Assembly: GCF_009914755.1 (NCBI RefSeq)
Contig: NC_060947.1
Source of the DNA: the human T2T-CHM13v2.0 reference genome, Homo sapiens
DNA: 64,000 bases
Reading direction: 5' to 3' (one strand)
In this document: positions 47,159-58,900 of the stretch, piece by piece
How the letters are laid out: every line of letters starts with the position of its first letter
Numbering within the stretch: position 1 is the stretch's first letter
Made by a program: the position numbers and the translations under genes
Notes under the pieces: model-generated
The model's database searches: none
What the model saw: the letters and a program-made list of their open reading frames with translations, nothing else
What the model was told of the DNA's origin: nothing

Positions 47159-50100
47159 TAGAAAGATCTCAACACACTAACATCACAAATAAAAGAGCTA
47201 GAGAGGCAAAAGCAAACTCATCCAAAAGCTAACAGAAGACAAGAAATAACTAAGATCAGAACAGAATAGAAGGAGACAGAGACATGAAAAACCCTCCAGA
47301 AAATCAATGAATCTGGGAGTTGGTTTTCTGAAAAAATTAACAAAATAAATAGGCTGCTAGCTAGACTAATAAGAAAAGAGAGAAGAATCAAATAGACACA
47401 ATAAAAAATGATAAAGTGGATATCATCACTGACCCCAAAGAAATACACACTACCATCAGAGAACACTATAAACACCTCTATGCAAATAAACTAGAAAATC
47501 TAGAAGAAATGGATAAATTCCTGGACACATACACCCTCCCAACACTAAACCAGGAAGAAGTCAAATCCCTGAATAGACCAATAACAAATTCTGAAATTGA
47601 GGCAGTAATTAATAGCCTAGCAACAAAAAAAGCCAGGACCAGACAGATTCAGATCTGAATTCTACCACAGGTACAAAGAGGAGCTGGTACCATTACTTCT
47701 GAAACCATTCCAAACAATTGAAAAGGAGTCACTCCTCCCTAACTCATTTTATGAAGCCAGCATCATCCTGATACCAAAACCGGGCAGAGACTCAACCAAA
47801 AAGAAAACTTCAGGCCAGTATCCCTGATGAACATCAATGTGAAAATCCTAAATAAAATACTGGCAAATCAAATCCAGCAGCACATCAAAAAACTTATCTT
47901 CCACGATCAAGTTGGCTTTATCCCTGGGATGCAGGGGTTGTTCAACATACACAAATCAATAAATGTGATCCCTCAGATAAACAGAACCAAAGACAAATAC
48001 CACATGATTATCTCAATAGATGCAGAAAAGGCCTTTGATAAAATTCAACATCCCTTCATGTTAAAAACTCTCAATAAACTAGGTGTTAATGGAACATATC
48101 TCAAAATAGTAAGAGCTTATTCATGACAAACCCACAGCCAATATCATATTGAATGGGCAAAAGCTGGAAGCATTCCCTTTGAAAACTGGTGCAAGACAAG
48201 GATGCCCTCTCTCACCATTCCTATTCAACGTAGTATTGGAAGTTCTGACCAGGGCAATCAGGCATGAGAAAGAAATAAAGTGTATTCACATAGGAAGAGA
48301 GGAAGTCAAATTGTCTCTGTTTGTAGATGACATGATTGTATATTTAGAAAACCCCATCATCTCAGCCCAATAACTCCTTAAGCTGATAAGCAACTTCAGC
48401 AGTCTCAGGTTACAAAATCAATGTGCAAAAATCACAAGCAGTCCTTTACACAAATAATTGACAAGCAGAGAGCCAAATCATGAATGACTTCCCATTCACA
48501 ATTGCTAAAAAGAGAACAAAGTACCTGGGAATACAGCTAACAAGGGATGTGAAGGACCTCTTCAAGGAGAACTACAAACCTGTGCTCAAGGAAATGAGAG
48601 AGGACACAAACAGATGGAAAAACATTCCATGCTCATGGAATGGAAGAATCAATATTGTGAAAACGGCTATACAGCCCAAATTAACTTATAGATTCAATGC
48701 TATTCCCATCAAACTACAATTGCCTCTTCACAGAATTAGAAAAAAACTACTTTAAATTTCATATGGAGTGAAAGAAGACCCAGGATAGAAAAGACAATCC
48801 TAAGCAAAAAGAACAAAGCTGGAGATATCACACTACCTGACTTCAAACTATGCTACAAGACTACAGTAACCAAAACAGCATGGTACTGGTACCAAAACAG
48901 ACATATAGACCAATGGAACATAACAGAGACCTCAGAAATAACACCGCATATCTACAACCGACTGATCTTTGACAAACCTGACAAAAACAAGCAATGAGGA
49001 AAGGATCTCCTATTCAATAAATGGTGCTGGTAAAACTAGCTAGCCATAGGCAGAAAACTGAAACTGGACCACTTCCTTACACCTTTTACAAAAATTAACT
49101 CAAGATGGATTAAAGACTTAAATGTAAAACCCAAAACCATAAAAACCCTAGAAGAAAACCTAGGCAATACCATTCAGGACATAGACATGAGTAAAGACTT
49201 CATAACAAAAACTCCAAAAGCAGTTGCAATAAAAGCCAAAATTGACAAGTGGGATCTAATTAAACTAAAGAGCTTCTGCACAGCAAAAGAAACTAGCATC
49301 AGAGTGAACAGGCAACTTACAGAGTGGGAGAAAATTTTTGCAATCTATCCATCTGACAAAGGTCTAATATCAGAATTTCCAAGGAACTTAAATGAATTTA
49401 CAAGAAGAAAACAACCATATCAAAAAGTGGGCAAAGGATTCGAACAGACACTTCTCAGAAAAAGACATTTACGAGGCCAAAAAACATATGAAAAGAAGTT
49501 CAACAACACTGATCATTAGACAAATGCAAATCAAAACCACAATGAGATACCATCTCCTACCAGTTAGAATGGCAGTTATTAAAAAGTCAAGAAACAATAG
49601 ATGCTGGCAAGGCTGTGGAGAAATAGGAACACTTTTACACTGTTGGTGGGAATGTAAATTAGTTCAACCATTGTGGAAGACAGTATGGTGATTCCTCAAG
49701 GATCTAGAACCAGAAATACCATTTGACTCAGCAACCCCATTACTGGGTACATACCCAAAGGAATTAAATCATTCTACTATAAAGACACATGCACGTGTAT
49801 GTTTATTGCAGCACTATTTACAATAGCAAAGTCATGGAACCAACCCAAATGCTCATCAATGATAGAATGGATAAAGAAAATGTGGTACATATACACCATG
49901 GAATACTATGCAGCCATAAAAAGGAATGAGAGGATGTCCTTTGCAGGGACATAGATGAAGCTGAAAGCCATCATCCTCAGCAAACTAACACAGGAACAGG
50001 CAACCAAACACTGCATGTTGTCACTCATAAGTGGGAATTGAACAATGAGAACACATGGACACAAGAAGGGGAACAACACACACCAGGGCCTGTAGGGGTT

Positions 50101-50745
50101 GGGGGGTGAGGGGAGGGATCTTAGAGGACAGGTCAGTAGGTGCGGCAAACCACCATGGCACATGTATACCTATGTAACAAACCTGCACGTTCTGCACACT
50201 TATCTCAGAACTTAAAGATAAATAAATTAAAAAAAAAAAAAGAAAAGAAATCCGCCCACATGATCCAATCACCTCTCACCAGGCCCCACCTCCAGCGCTG
50301 GGGATTACAATTCAACATGAGATTTGGTGGGGACACAGATCCAAATCATATCAGGGAGTATTCTGTTTTATTTAAGTCTTGCTTAAAGTAAAAACAGACA
50401 TGAGAGCTGATATGCAAAATAACAAAATAAGGTACTCTAAATGGTTCACAAAAGGCTGGGGTTAAATCATAGTTGAAGGAAGAATTGCAGGCTTGTTCAA
50501 TGGGAAGAAAAACATTTGCCTCTTCCAGTTGGTTGTGAGACACTGAGTGAATAAGTATTTCAAACCTATTTTCTCATCTGTAACACAGGAATAATGAAAA
50601 GTGACTGGCCATAGTTCCTGAAACACAATAGGTGTTCAATAAATCTTGATCACTGTGTGAGAGAAGATTCAGAGAGGTGAAGTAATTTGTCCAAGTTTAG
50701 AGATGGATCCACGCTCCTAAGTGCTAGCATATTAAAATCATTTTA

Positions 50746-51040
50746 GGACCGGGAATACTGGCTAACTTCTGTAATCCCAGCACTTTGGGAAGCTGAGGCT
50801 AGAGGATCACTTGAGCCCAGGAGTTCAAGATCAGCCTGGCCAACATAGTGAGACATCATCTCTACAAAAAATAAACAAAATTAGCCAGGCATGGTGATGC
50901 ACTCCTGTAGTCAGTCGCACTACTTAGGAGGCTGAGGTGGGAGGATTGCTTGAGCCCAGGTCAAGGCTGCAGTGAGTCAAGATCACTCCATTGCATTCCA
51001 GCCTGGGTGACACAGCGAGACCTTGTCTCAAAAAAAAAAA
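50746..51040 (+). mobile_element. Alu (AluJ-like)
   Basis: TSD aaaatcatttt. Confidence 0.92.
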
Positions 51041-51629
51041 AAATCATTTTGCTGTCTTTCATTTCTTCAGAAATATGAAAACTGTTCATGGTCCATGTGG
51101 TACATCTCTGTAACTCAATAACAGTCACCCTTATTCTGACAGAGATCACTATACTAACACAGAGCTTTCTATTTTGTTTTCTTGTGAATATATCATCATT
51201 TCTCATTTGAAATAGAGGATTTTAAAGTACTCGGTGCATAAACTTGCCTGGTCTAAGGAAGGCTGAATGATTCTATCCTTGTCACTGGATACTGAGATCC
51301 AGAAAATAGAACAGAGCTTCTAGATCCTATTGGCCTAAACCATGCTGAGCGTGGTGAAAGAACCATTTAAAGAAATTAAATATCCCTCTGAAACAAAATC
51401 CTGAAGCCCATATACTGGATGCCAAATTAAAGGTTTAGGGGATGTGTCAGGGGGCTTCCTGTTTTACAGTTATCACAAGAATGTTTCCCTTTCATTTTGG
51501 TTTACATATTCTACTTCTCACTAACATTTCTCATTTTAAAGCTTAGTTCATTCAGTACCCATTATTCTGAAAATTTGCTTAATGCGGTCTGGCGGATTGA
51601 AGAAAATGAATTAGAATTTAAATGCAGTA

Positions 51630-51795
51630 AGAGGCATCTGAATGGAGTGGAATGAGAACTGGAATAAAAGCTAGAAGACATGAGTGCCCTAGGGCACCTT
51701 TTCCCCTCTCTGGGACTTTGTCTTCCTGATTGTAAAGGTAGGGGCCTGGGCTACATGGTCTCTAAGACCCCTACCATCCCTGGCATTCTAAGGTT
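51630..51795 (+). mobile_element. MIR (MIR3-like)
   Basis: cccctctctgggactttgtcttcctgattgtaaaggtaggggcctgggctacatggtctctaagacc. Confidence 0.65.
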
Positions 51796-54436
51796 CTACA
51801 AGTCCTCCCGACCTCACACACTTAGGCATCAGAATATAAGGGGTGTGTGTGGTGGGGTGGGGAGGTGACAGGGGGCTACAGTTGGGGAAAGATCCTTTGG
51901 AGAAGTAAAGGGGGAAAAAATCGCAGGCAGGCACTTCGTTTGAACTCAGCATATTCAGGGATAGTGTGTGCAAGACGTGGGAAGAGAGGGCAGAAAAGTT
52001 GCTAATAGAATAAAAGGTTTACTTTGTTAAGAAGGATAATTAGATCCAAGCCAGCCACATTGCTAAAGCCTTTGAAGCCCAACCTCTCCATGCTGTATTG
52101 TTGAAAACTTACTAAGAGTTGGGAATAAACTAATAAGACCTCAAATAGTTGTAAACCACGTCCCCCTCTCACCTTAAGTTTGGTTTTGTTTTCATTGAAT
52201 GTATTCAATAGGCTAGTGTGTCTACCTGCTTTGTTATTGGCATGTGGGGACAAGCAGCTACAGAAAAAAATAAAACTCATCTATTAGTTTTCTTAGTTTT
52301 TGTCACATAATTTGACTATAAAACCTACATCTCAAAAGGTGTTCCATGTAGTTACACAGGAGTCAACATAAACAAATATTGCCTATTACTCACTATAAAC
52401 TTTTTCCAGACCAGACAATTTAAACATTGGTCTAATTTGGCTTTACAGTTATAAACAAGAGTGGTAAATCACCAATTATTTGCTTAAAAGTGGGCTTCAC
52501 AAAGCTGATCTATATTTTCCTTGATGTTTTGTCATGTTTGTAACCCGATCAGCCAATCAAGATACAAGAATCAGATCCTTAAACATGTTTTTTTCATTTT
52601 CTGCAATGAGTTTCAAAGGCAGTAGGAAGCTCTGGGAGAGCCTCTGGGCAAAAGATAAAGGTTACAGCTAGTGGAAGTTGTAATTAGAGCCAATTACAAC
52701 TTAACTTACCTGCTTTGTCATTAAAATGTCTGTCAGACCTCTCATTTTTCTACACAGAGGGAAAGAAAAGGTATAGCTTAGTAGGGGAGAGGGTTAGCCA
52801 AAGGGAAGGGATTTCTAGTACTGTTTACAAATTTACCCTGTAATCTTAGACAAACACATTGCCTTTTGGCTTTAGACTGTGCTTTGCTCAAAGTTTAACT
52901 CGGGGAGCTTAACAGGACTTAGGAAATCACCTGGTCTAGTCCCCTGCCTTCTAGCAGGCAAGGTATTATTATTGTCCCATTTTTCTCAAATTAGATATGA
53001 AAGACCTGGAAAATTTAACTAACTAGACTATGTCTTCTGCCTCCTTAAGTGCAACAGATTTGATTTTGGTTTCACTTATAACTTGTCATAAGGAAAATGG
53101 CATTATTTTCACTTCTCTCACAGATACGTTGTGTATAGGGTTAACACGATAACTACAAAGCACGTTGAAAATACTAAGGAAAGCTTATAAATATAACATT
53201 ACCCACAAAGCTACTAGCACTTTGAATGAATGGGTCTCAAAGAAATGTAACAGAAATATTTGGATTTCACTTTTTTAAGAATTGGCTTGAGGAAAGAAGT
53301 AGAATTACACTCAATGGACCAATCTCACTTTCTGCAAATGTAAAGGAGTACAAAAAAAATTGAGAAAGAATAGGAATGTCGCTGACGAACATACCATTAT
53401 GTTTGAGAGTAATCAGAGTAAGTGAATTTTGTGTGTAAAAATCAAAATTCTGAAACAAAGCCTCCTTAGGGGGAAAGTAAAATAACAGGTTTTTATTATA
53501 AGTATCATTGTAAAAGTTCACTATCCTATACAGCCTCTAATGATTTTTTTTTCTTTTGTCCTTCATACTTGGACCAATTATCTTCCTGTCTCCAATCTTC
53601 CACCTTGCATTCTAAACCAAATTACCCTCACCCAAATAGCCATCTTTACTTGCTAAACATTATCATCTGCCTCACAAACCCTTGTTATCCTCTGTACTGA
53701 ATTACTCATTCAGGATTTCAAGGCTCTTCATCAATCCACTCCAATTTAGTCTCTTTCCCGATCCTTCTTTGCTCTCTTTCAGTACTATACTTTCTCCCCA
53801 TATAACTAAAACAAATCCCATCCTTGCATATAAGCCATCTTTCTTCACCTTTCTTGAAAAACAACACATATACGACACAAGGAGCATAGGGATGGACCTG
53901 GGTATACTTAATAGGAAAGTCTCTTAATAGTCATTGTATTTGCAAAGCTGAAGATTACAGCCAAGCTCCCTCATCCCTTACATGTTTCTATCAGAGAAGG
54001 GTAGAATGTTCAGGAACTTAATGTGGGGGAGTGTTGCTGGGTAGAGATTGCTTGTGATATGCTGTATTAAAGACGGCCTGCCTGCAGTATTTTAGGATTT
54101 GCCTCACTCCTTCATTCTTTCAATTATAGTTGTATCCTTATCTTTACTAATGGCCTCAATTTATATGCTCTCTTTCTTGGTGAAGGTGTGTGCAACAGTC
54201 GCTATCAAAAAGATCCCTAGAAAGCGAGGAAGGATGATTCCCTTAGTTTAGTGGCACAATGGTGTCAGGAAGGTTGTTCCAAAGAGACGGTGGTAGTACC
54301 TATCATAATGGAATTTTATGGCAGCTCTTGGGGGTGAGCCACTATCCTGTTATTACATCCAACGCTAGTGATGTTAACAGTTTAGTTACCTGGCACATAT
54401 TGAGCTTTGACACAGTATATATTTCGGATTTAAAAC

Positions 54437-54442
54437 TTTATT
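54437..54442 (-). terminator. ATRX: Probable distal ATRX poly(A) signal
   Basis: tttatt on + is AATAAA on -; a second copy at 54561-54566. Confidence 0.6.
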
Positions 54443-55266
54443 CACCCCATATAATAGTATATATAAAATGTTGTGAAGATGAAAGCATTTCTGAAACTTG
54501 ATCACTCCTTTGGGACTGGCTCAGATTATAGACTTGAAAAAAAATAACGGTAGAAAAATGTTTATTCTCTAAGGGTAGATCTGATTTGGAGATAGCCAAG
54601 TCACTTGAGACTGAGTCTGGTGAAATAAAGTAGTAAATACCCTGAACATAATTTTTAGTATAATAAACATGTAAAAGGATTGACCTGTTTTACTGGTAGA
54701 ATAAGTCTCTATAGCCTCACAACATGCTACTCTCAAAGGAAACAAGGGCTACTGGGACAGAATGTAACTGCTCTTAAAGTTTTGTTTGGGGCACATAAAT
54801 ATCGATCTGATTTTATGATAATGGAGGGAAAATGAACATAGCTAAGGGAAGGCTACAAAATATTCAGCTCATTTGGAGGCCAGGTAATAAGGAAGCTTCT
54901 GAATGGTAAGCAGCTTTTCTATCAAGTGTGGGTTGGTAGCCCTGCTTGACTTAAAATGAGTGTTACAGCTGTTGGGAAACAGGAAATGGGGCTGGATTAC
55001 ACAAAGACATCCAAAACTAACACAAACACACATGGACTTCCTGGTATGTAAATTCTTTTTGAGATGAGAGATCTCCCTTTACAGAATTTAGTATATAACA
55101 GATTCAATAACCAAACTTCGTGACCTCTCAATATTAAATAACTAAATGTGCAAAAGAACCACCATTATATAGGACAACAAAAGCTATACATTTTCTATGA
55201 AACAGTATGTGCACAGATTTTCAAAGCTGTGAAAATACAATAAAGAGCACAACACATTTTGGTCAC

Positions 55267-55272
55267 TTTATT
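55267..55272 (-). terminator. ATRX: Candidate proximal ATRX poly(A) signal
   Basis: AATAAA on - followed by the GU/U-rich element ...aaatgtgttgtgctctttattgtatttt. Confidence 0.6.
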
Positions 55273-56437
55273 AAATGACATTAAATAGTTTAAGTTTCAA
55301 CTACTAAACAGCACTTTGAATGGTGAAAACACAGATAGTATATTGTCATACTTGAATGCTTTTCTTTAAAAACACAATTCCAGTCCTTATATATATTACA
55401 AAACAGCCTTAAAGGAAGAAGTGACATCTTTTCTACAGTACTTAAGATACTCAATACAGAACTGAAAAGCAGTCTAACAGAAACAAAGGCAAGTCTTCAC
55501 AGCTGTATGATTTCAGCAGCCAAAGCTGGATGATGGACTGAAACATTACTATACAACTGGGACAAAACATATACAATATCACAATACTAAGCAAAAACGC
55601 TTTACACCCAAAGAAATAAAACAGGTTACAAAATGTGGAGAATTTAGCAGGCAAAACTGTATTACAAGCAACATTTTAAATCATCATTTTTAATCCATTG
55701 CAACTATTTAAAACATCTAAAACAAATATAAAAATGAGCCTTTTAGTATTTTACTGACGTGATTTTTTTGTCTTTAAATATTTGTTAAAGCTTGATGTTA
55801 TACTCAAAGTACATATTATATAGCTAAAATGTCAAGTGAGAAGAGTGTATACAAAGTGGTCCAAGTTTTATTTCAAACTCTGATTTCCAATTAACCCTTC
55901 TAAGTATTATTCTTTAAGTTATAGTTTCATCCATGGTGAAAAAGATTTAGAAGGTTGCCTAAAATTTTCACATCTATGTCTTTGAGTAAATAATTAGACC
56001 ATGTTGAAAATTCCCAGGTCTAGTAAATCAGGTTTAAAATATTCTGAACTTGTAGAAATACCAACTGGTAACAGTTGGCCAGAGTGTACTGCCTTCAAAT
56101 ATTTCTCATAAATCTTGTCTTTTTCATTTTTTCTAAAGTAAATACACACCTGCCCCACCCAATTAAATAAATCTGATTACATGGCTAGCATAATATCTAA
56201 ATATACAGGATTTATTAGTGATATTTCATCATGGGAAAGTGGGGGAGAGGGGCGTGGATCCACCAAACCTCACAAATTCTGTATCACAATCCTAGTGCTC
56301 TTGGATGTTTTACCACTAGTTCTTCCAAGATAAAAATGGCAATCTCTTAATCATCCAAACAACTCAAAGCAGTTTTAGCTAATGTTAAACTCATTCTAAT
56401 CCAGTGATACCTAAAGCAAAGCCCAAACCCAGTTTTC

Positions 56438-56464
56438 TTTTTTTTTTTTTTTTTTTTTTTTTTT
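56438..56464 (-). repeat. A27 tract in ATRX 3'UTR (T27 on +)
   Basis: Directly visible. Confidence 0.95.
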
Positions 56465-57891
56465 GGAATTCTTAAGCTGTTTCACTACCTGTTGTATCAT
56501 CATCTCAAAAATGGTTCTGCCATGTTGAGTTGACTCCCATAGTCAAAAACAATGTTTTCTTTAACAATTCAAGTAACCAAAATTGTACATGAATAAATTT
56601 ATAGGTCATTTTTGCAGAACTGGATTAAGAAAAAATAAAATGTAATACATTTTCTAGTAAAACTTCTAGTAAAGGGGTATTGGATGAATTAATTTTGATT
56701 TAATAATTGCCTCACAATCTAAACTAAAAAAAAAACAAACTCTGAAACAATTTAAAAAAATGTAAGGAAACTGGGGTAAAAGAACATGATGATGAGAGAA
56801 AAGAAGCGCATAGAAGCCAGTGATTCTTATCTTTCAGAGGAATTATTTCACAATACTGATAGTACTGGGAATTGTTAAAAGTACATTCCTCATGTGAACC
56901 TAAAGTCAGCAATGGTTCTGCCATTTTGATGTTGTTTATAAAACAGGGTGTGAACCTAACAACCACAACTTCAGTGTTAACCTACTAAAATGCTAGAACT
57001 TGATTTTCTAAGTCCACATCCCACTGCCAGCAACAGGATGAAGCATTAGCACTGGCACCATGCAGTTAAGAGATGTGCTTTATATTCGTGCCAGGAGAGA
57101 GAAAATTCATGTGTGGAAGATAATCCACAACCCTGAAATTTTACCAGTAATTATTTCAGCACATATAACTGAAAATAAAAAATGGCAGAAGGACTAAAGA
57201 AGAAAAAGGAATTCTCTTCTTAGGCTATACTTAAGGCTGTTTATACAATGCTAAGATAACTGCAAGACTTCTCCAACTTTTAGAGCAGTAGTATTTAAGA
57301 ATATTGCACACAATTCTGTGTCAAAGATAACCCTCAGTTTCTAACTTTCAGTCACAGAGACAATAAAGCAGGAGCCCAGTTTCAGACTTCAGTCAAAAGA
57401 ACATTAAAACCATTTCAATCACTTTAATCAAGAAATGGATTAAGTACAAAAGTATTTCATAACTTGAGGAATCAACTCTAAGAACTCAGCTGTGTGTTTT
57501 TATATGTAAAGAATGAATATATAAATCTTTATTCTTTCCTAAATTTATTAATTTTATGACAATTTTATGGTTGCTAAAAGCAGGCATAAAAATTTAGAGA
57601 GGAAATCTGTGGAGTTGTTACTATTATGGAAGGACTTGTTTTCACTGAAAACAATTTGAAATATCTTCTGTACTCAGCGTGTGTAAGAAGATTCTAGGCA
57701 ACATCACTGACAAATGTCAGGAAGAAATGGTATGCCCTATTTAAAAAAAAAAAAAGTAAAACTAATATGGAAGATTGGCATTTAAGGGGACCAAACTATT
57801 TATACAGTTGAGTTCTGTTAAGTCATTGATTCCTAAAAAAATAAAAGATCTTTCTATGATTTTAACAATCCATTAAGCTTTTAGTGCAAAA

Positions 57892-58170
57892 TCACATTGA
57901 TTTCCCTTGGGAAGGTCCTGGATTTTTGCTTCTCATTGGGGGTGGTGCACGCTGTAATGGTGGTGGCTGCATACCACCAGCCACTGGCTGATACATTCCT
58001 CTCATATCAATCTGCTGGTAGTTAGAAGGATTCATGATCAAATTTGGGGGCTTTGGCATCATGAGGTGACCCAGTGTTGCTTGTTGATAAGTCATTTGTT
58101 GCTGTTGCTGCTGATTGTACTGCTGCTGGAGCCTTCTGTTCATAAGTATTCGCTGAACACAGCTGATTAA
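57892..58170 (-). CDS. ATRX: ATRX terminal coding exon (92 codons + TGA), Q/P-rich C-terminus of the SNF2-family chromatin remodeller
   Basis: Minus-strand acceptor ttttttctctatAG| ending at 58171. Translates LISCVQRILMNRRLQQQYNQQQQQQMTYQQATLGHLMMPKPPNLIMNPSNYQQIDMRGMYQPVAGGMQPPPLQRAPPPMRSKNPGPSQGKSM*, the known ATRX C-terminus. FGF16 and ATRX are known neighbours on Xq21. Confidence 0.97.
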   Translation of the reverse strand, partial: LISCVQRILMNRRLQQQYNQQQQQQMTYQQATLGHLMMPKPPNLIMNPSNYQQIDMRGMYQPVAGGMQPPPLQRAPPPMRSKNPGPSQGKSM

Positions 58171-58900
58171 CTATAGAGAAAAAATGGGAGTCATTACAAG
58201 TGCATGACCTGTCTCAAAAGAGGTATCAAGTTTTGACTTAAAATCAATTTGTTAAGGGGGTACCATACCAAAAGGAAAACACATTATTGTTAACACCATT
58301 ACTAATGTGATGGCATTCACAGGACCATTACTGTAGAAACCAGTTAGTAAGATCATTTAGGGCTAAATTCTCTTAATGTCTTGACTATTATATTGCAAGC
58401 AGCATTTAGCTTAGTTGCCATAGTAATGTGTTCTGTACTGTGATTAGTCTCAAGTATTAGTTACAACACTTTTTGTTAAGACTCCTTTCTTTGTCATTCT
58501 TTTGAATATTTCACATGATGACAGACAAACATTTTAGTGACAAACACCAAAGGGAAAGGCACTTGCAGTAGGAATAATTCTGACCAGGAATATCTCAAAT
58601 GTACTAATATATTGTAAAACCACATAACCCTGCAGTGCTTTCTAAGTAAAATATATGCCACAGAAATAGATTCCCTGGTGTCAAGCGTAGAAATTTCCAA
58701 GTATAAGGCAGAAGGCTGGCAAACGACTGTGTTGGGAAACATGATCAAGGATCCTGGAATACAGTACCCTTTTAAAGAATTATATAACTTAGTAGGAACC
58801 TTTGATATGTATCATCCATAGCTCTACCTTTTATTCTCAAATTAAACACACTGATAAGTATACTACTATTTCGAGGTTGTTTAACAATGGCAAATGTGAC

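Larger units (their letters stand above)
54420..57891 (-). other. ATRX: ATRX long AT-rich 3'UTR (about 3.5 kb)
   Basis: AT-rich stretch after the stop with no recognisable interspersed repeats. Distal end inferred from AATAAA on - at 54437-54442. Confidence 0.75.

Noticed and set aside
58095-58130. Expanded polyglutamine in ATRX
   Set aside because: Short, interrupted CAG/CAA run matching the normal ATRX C-terminus.
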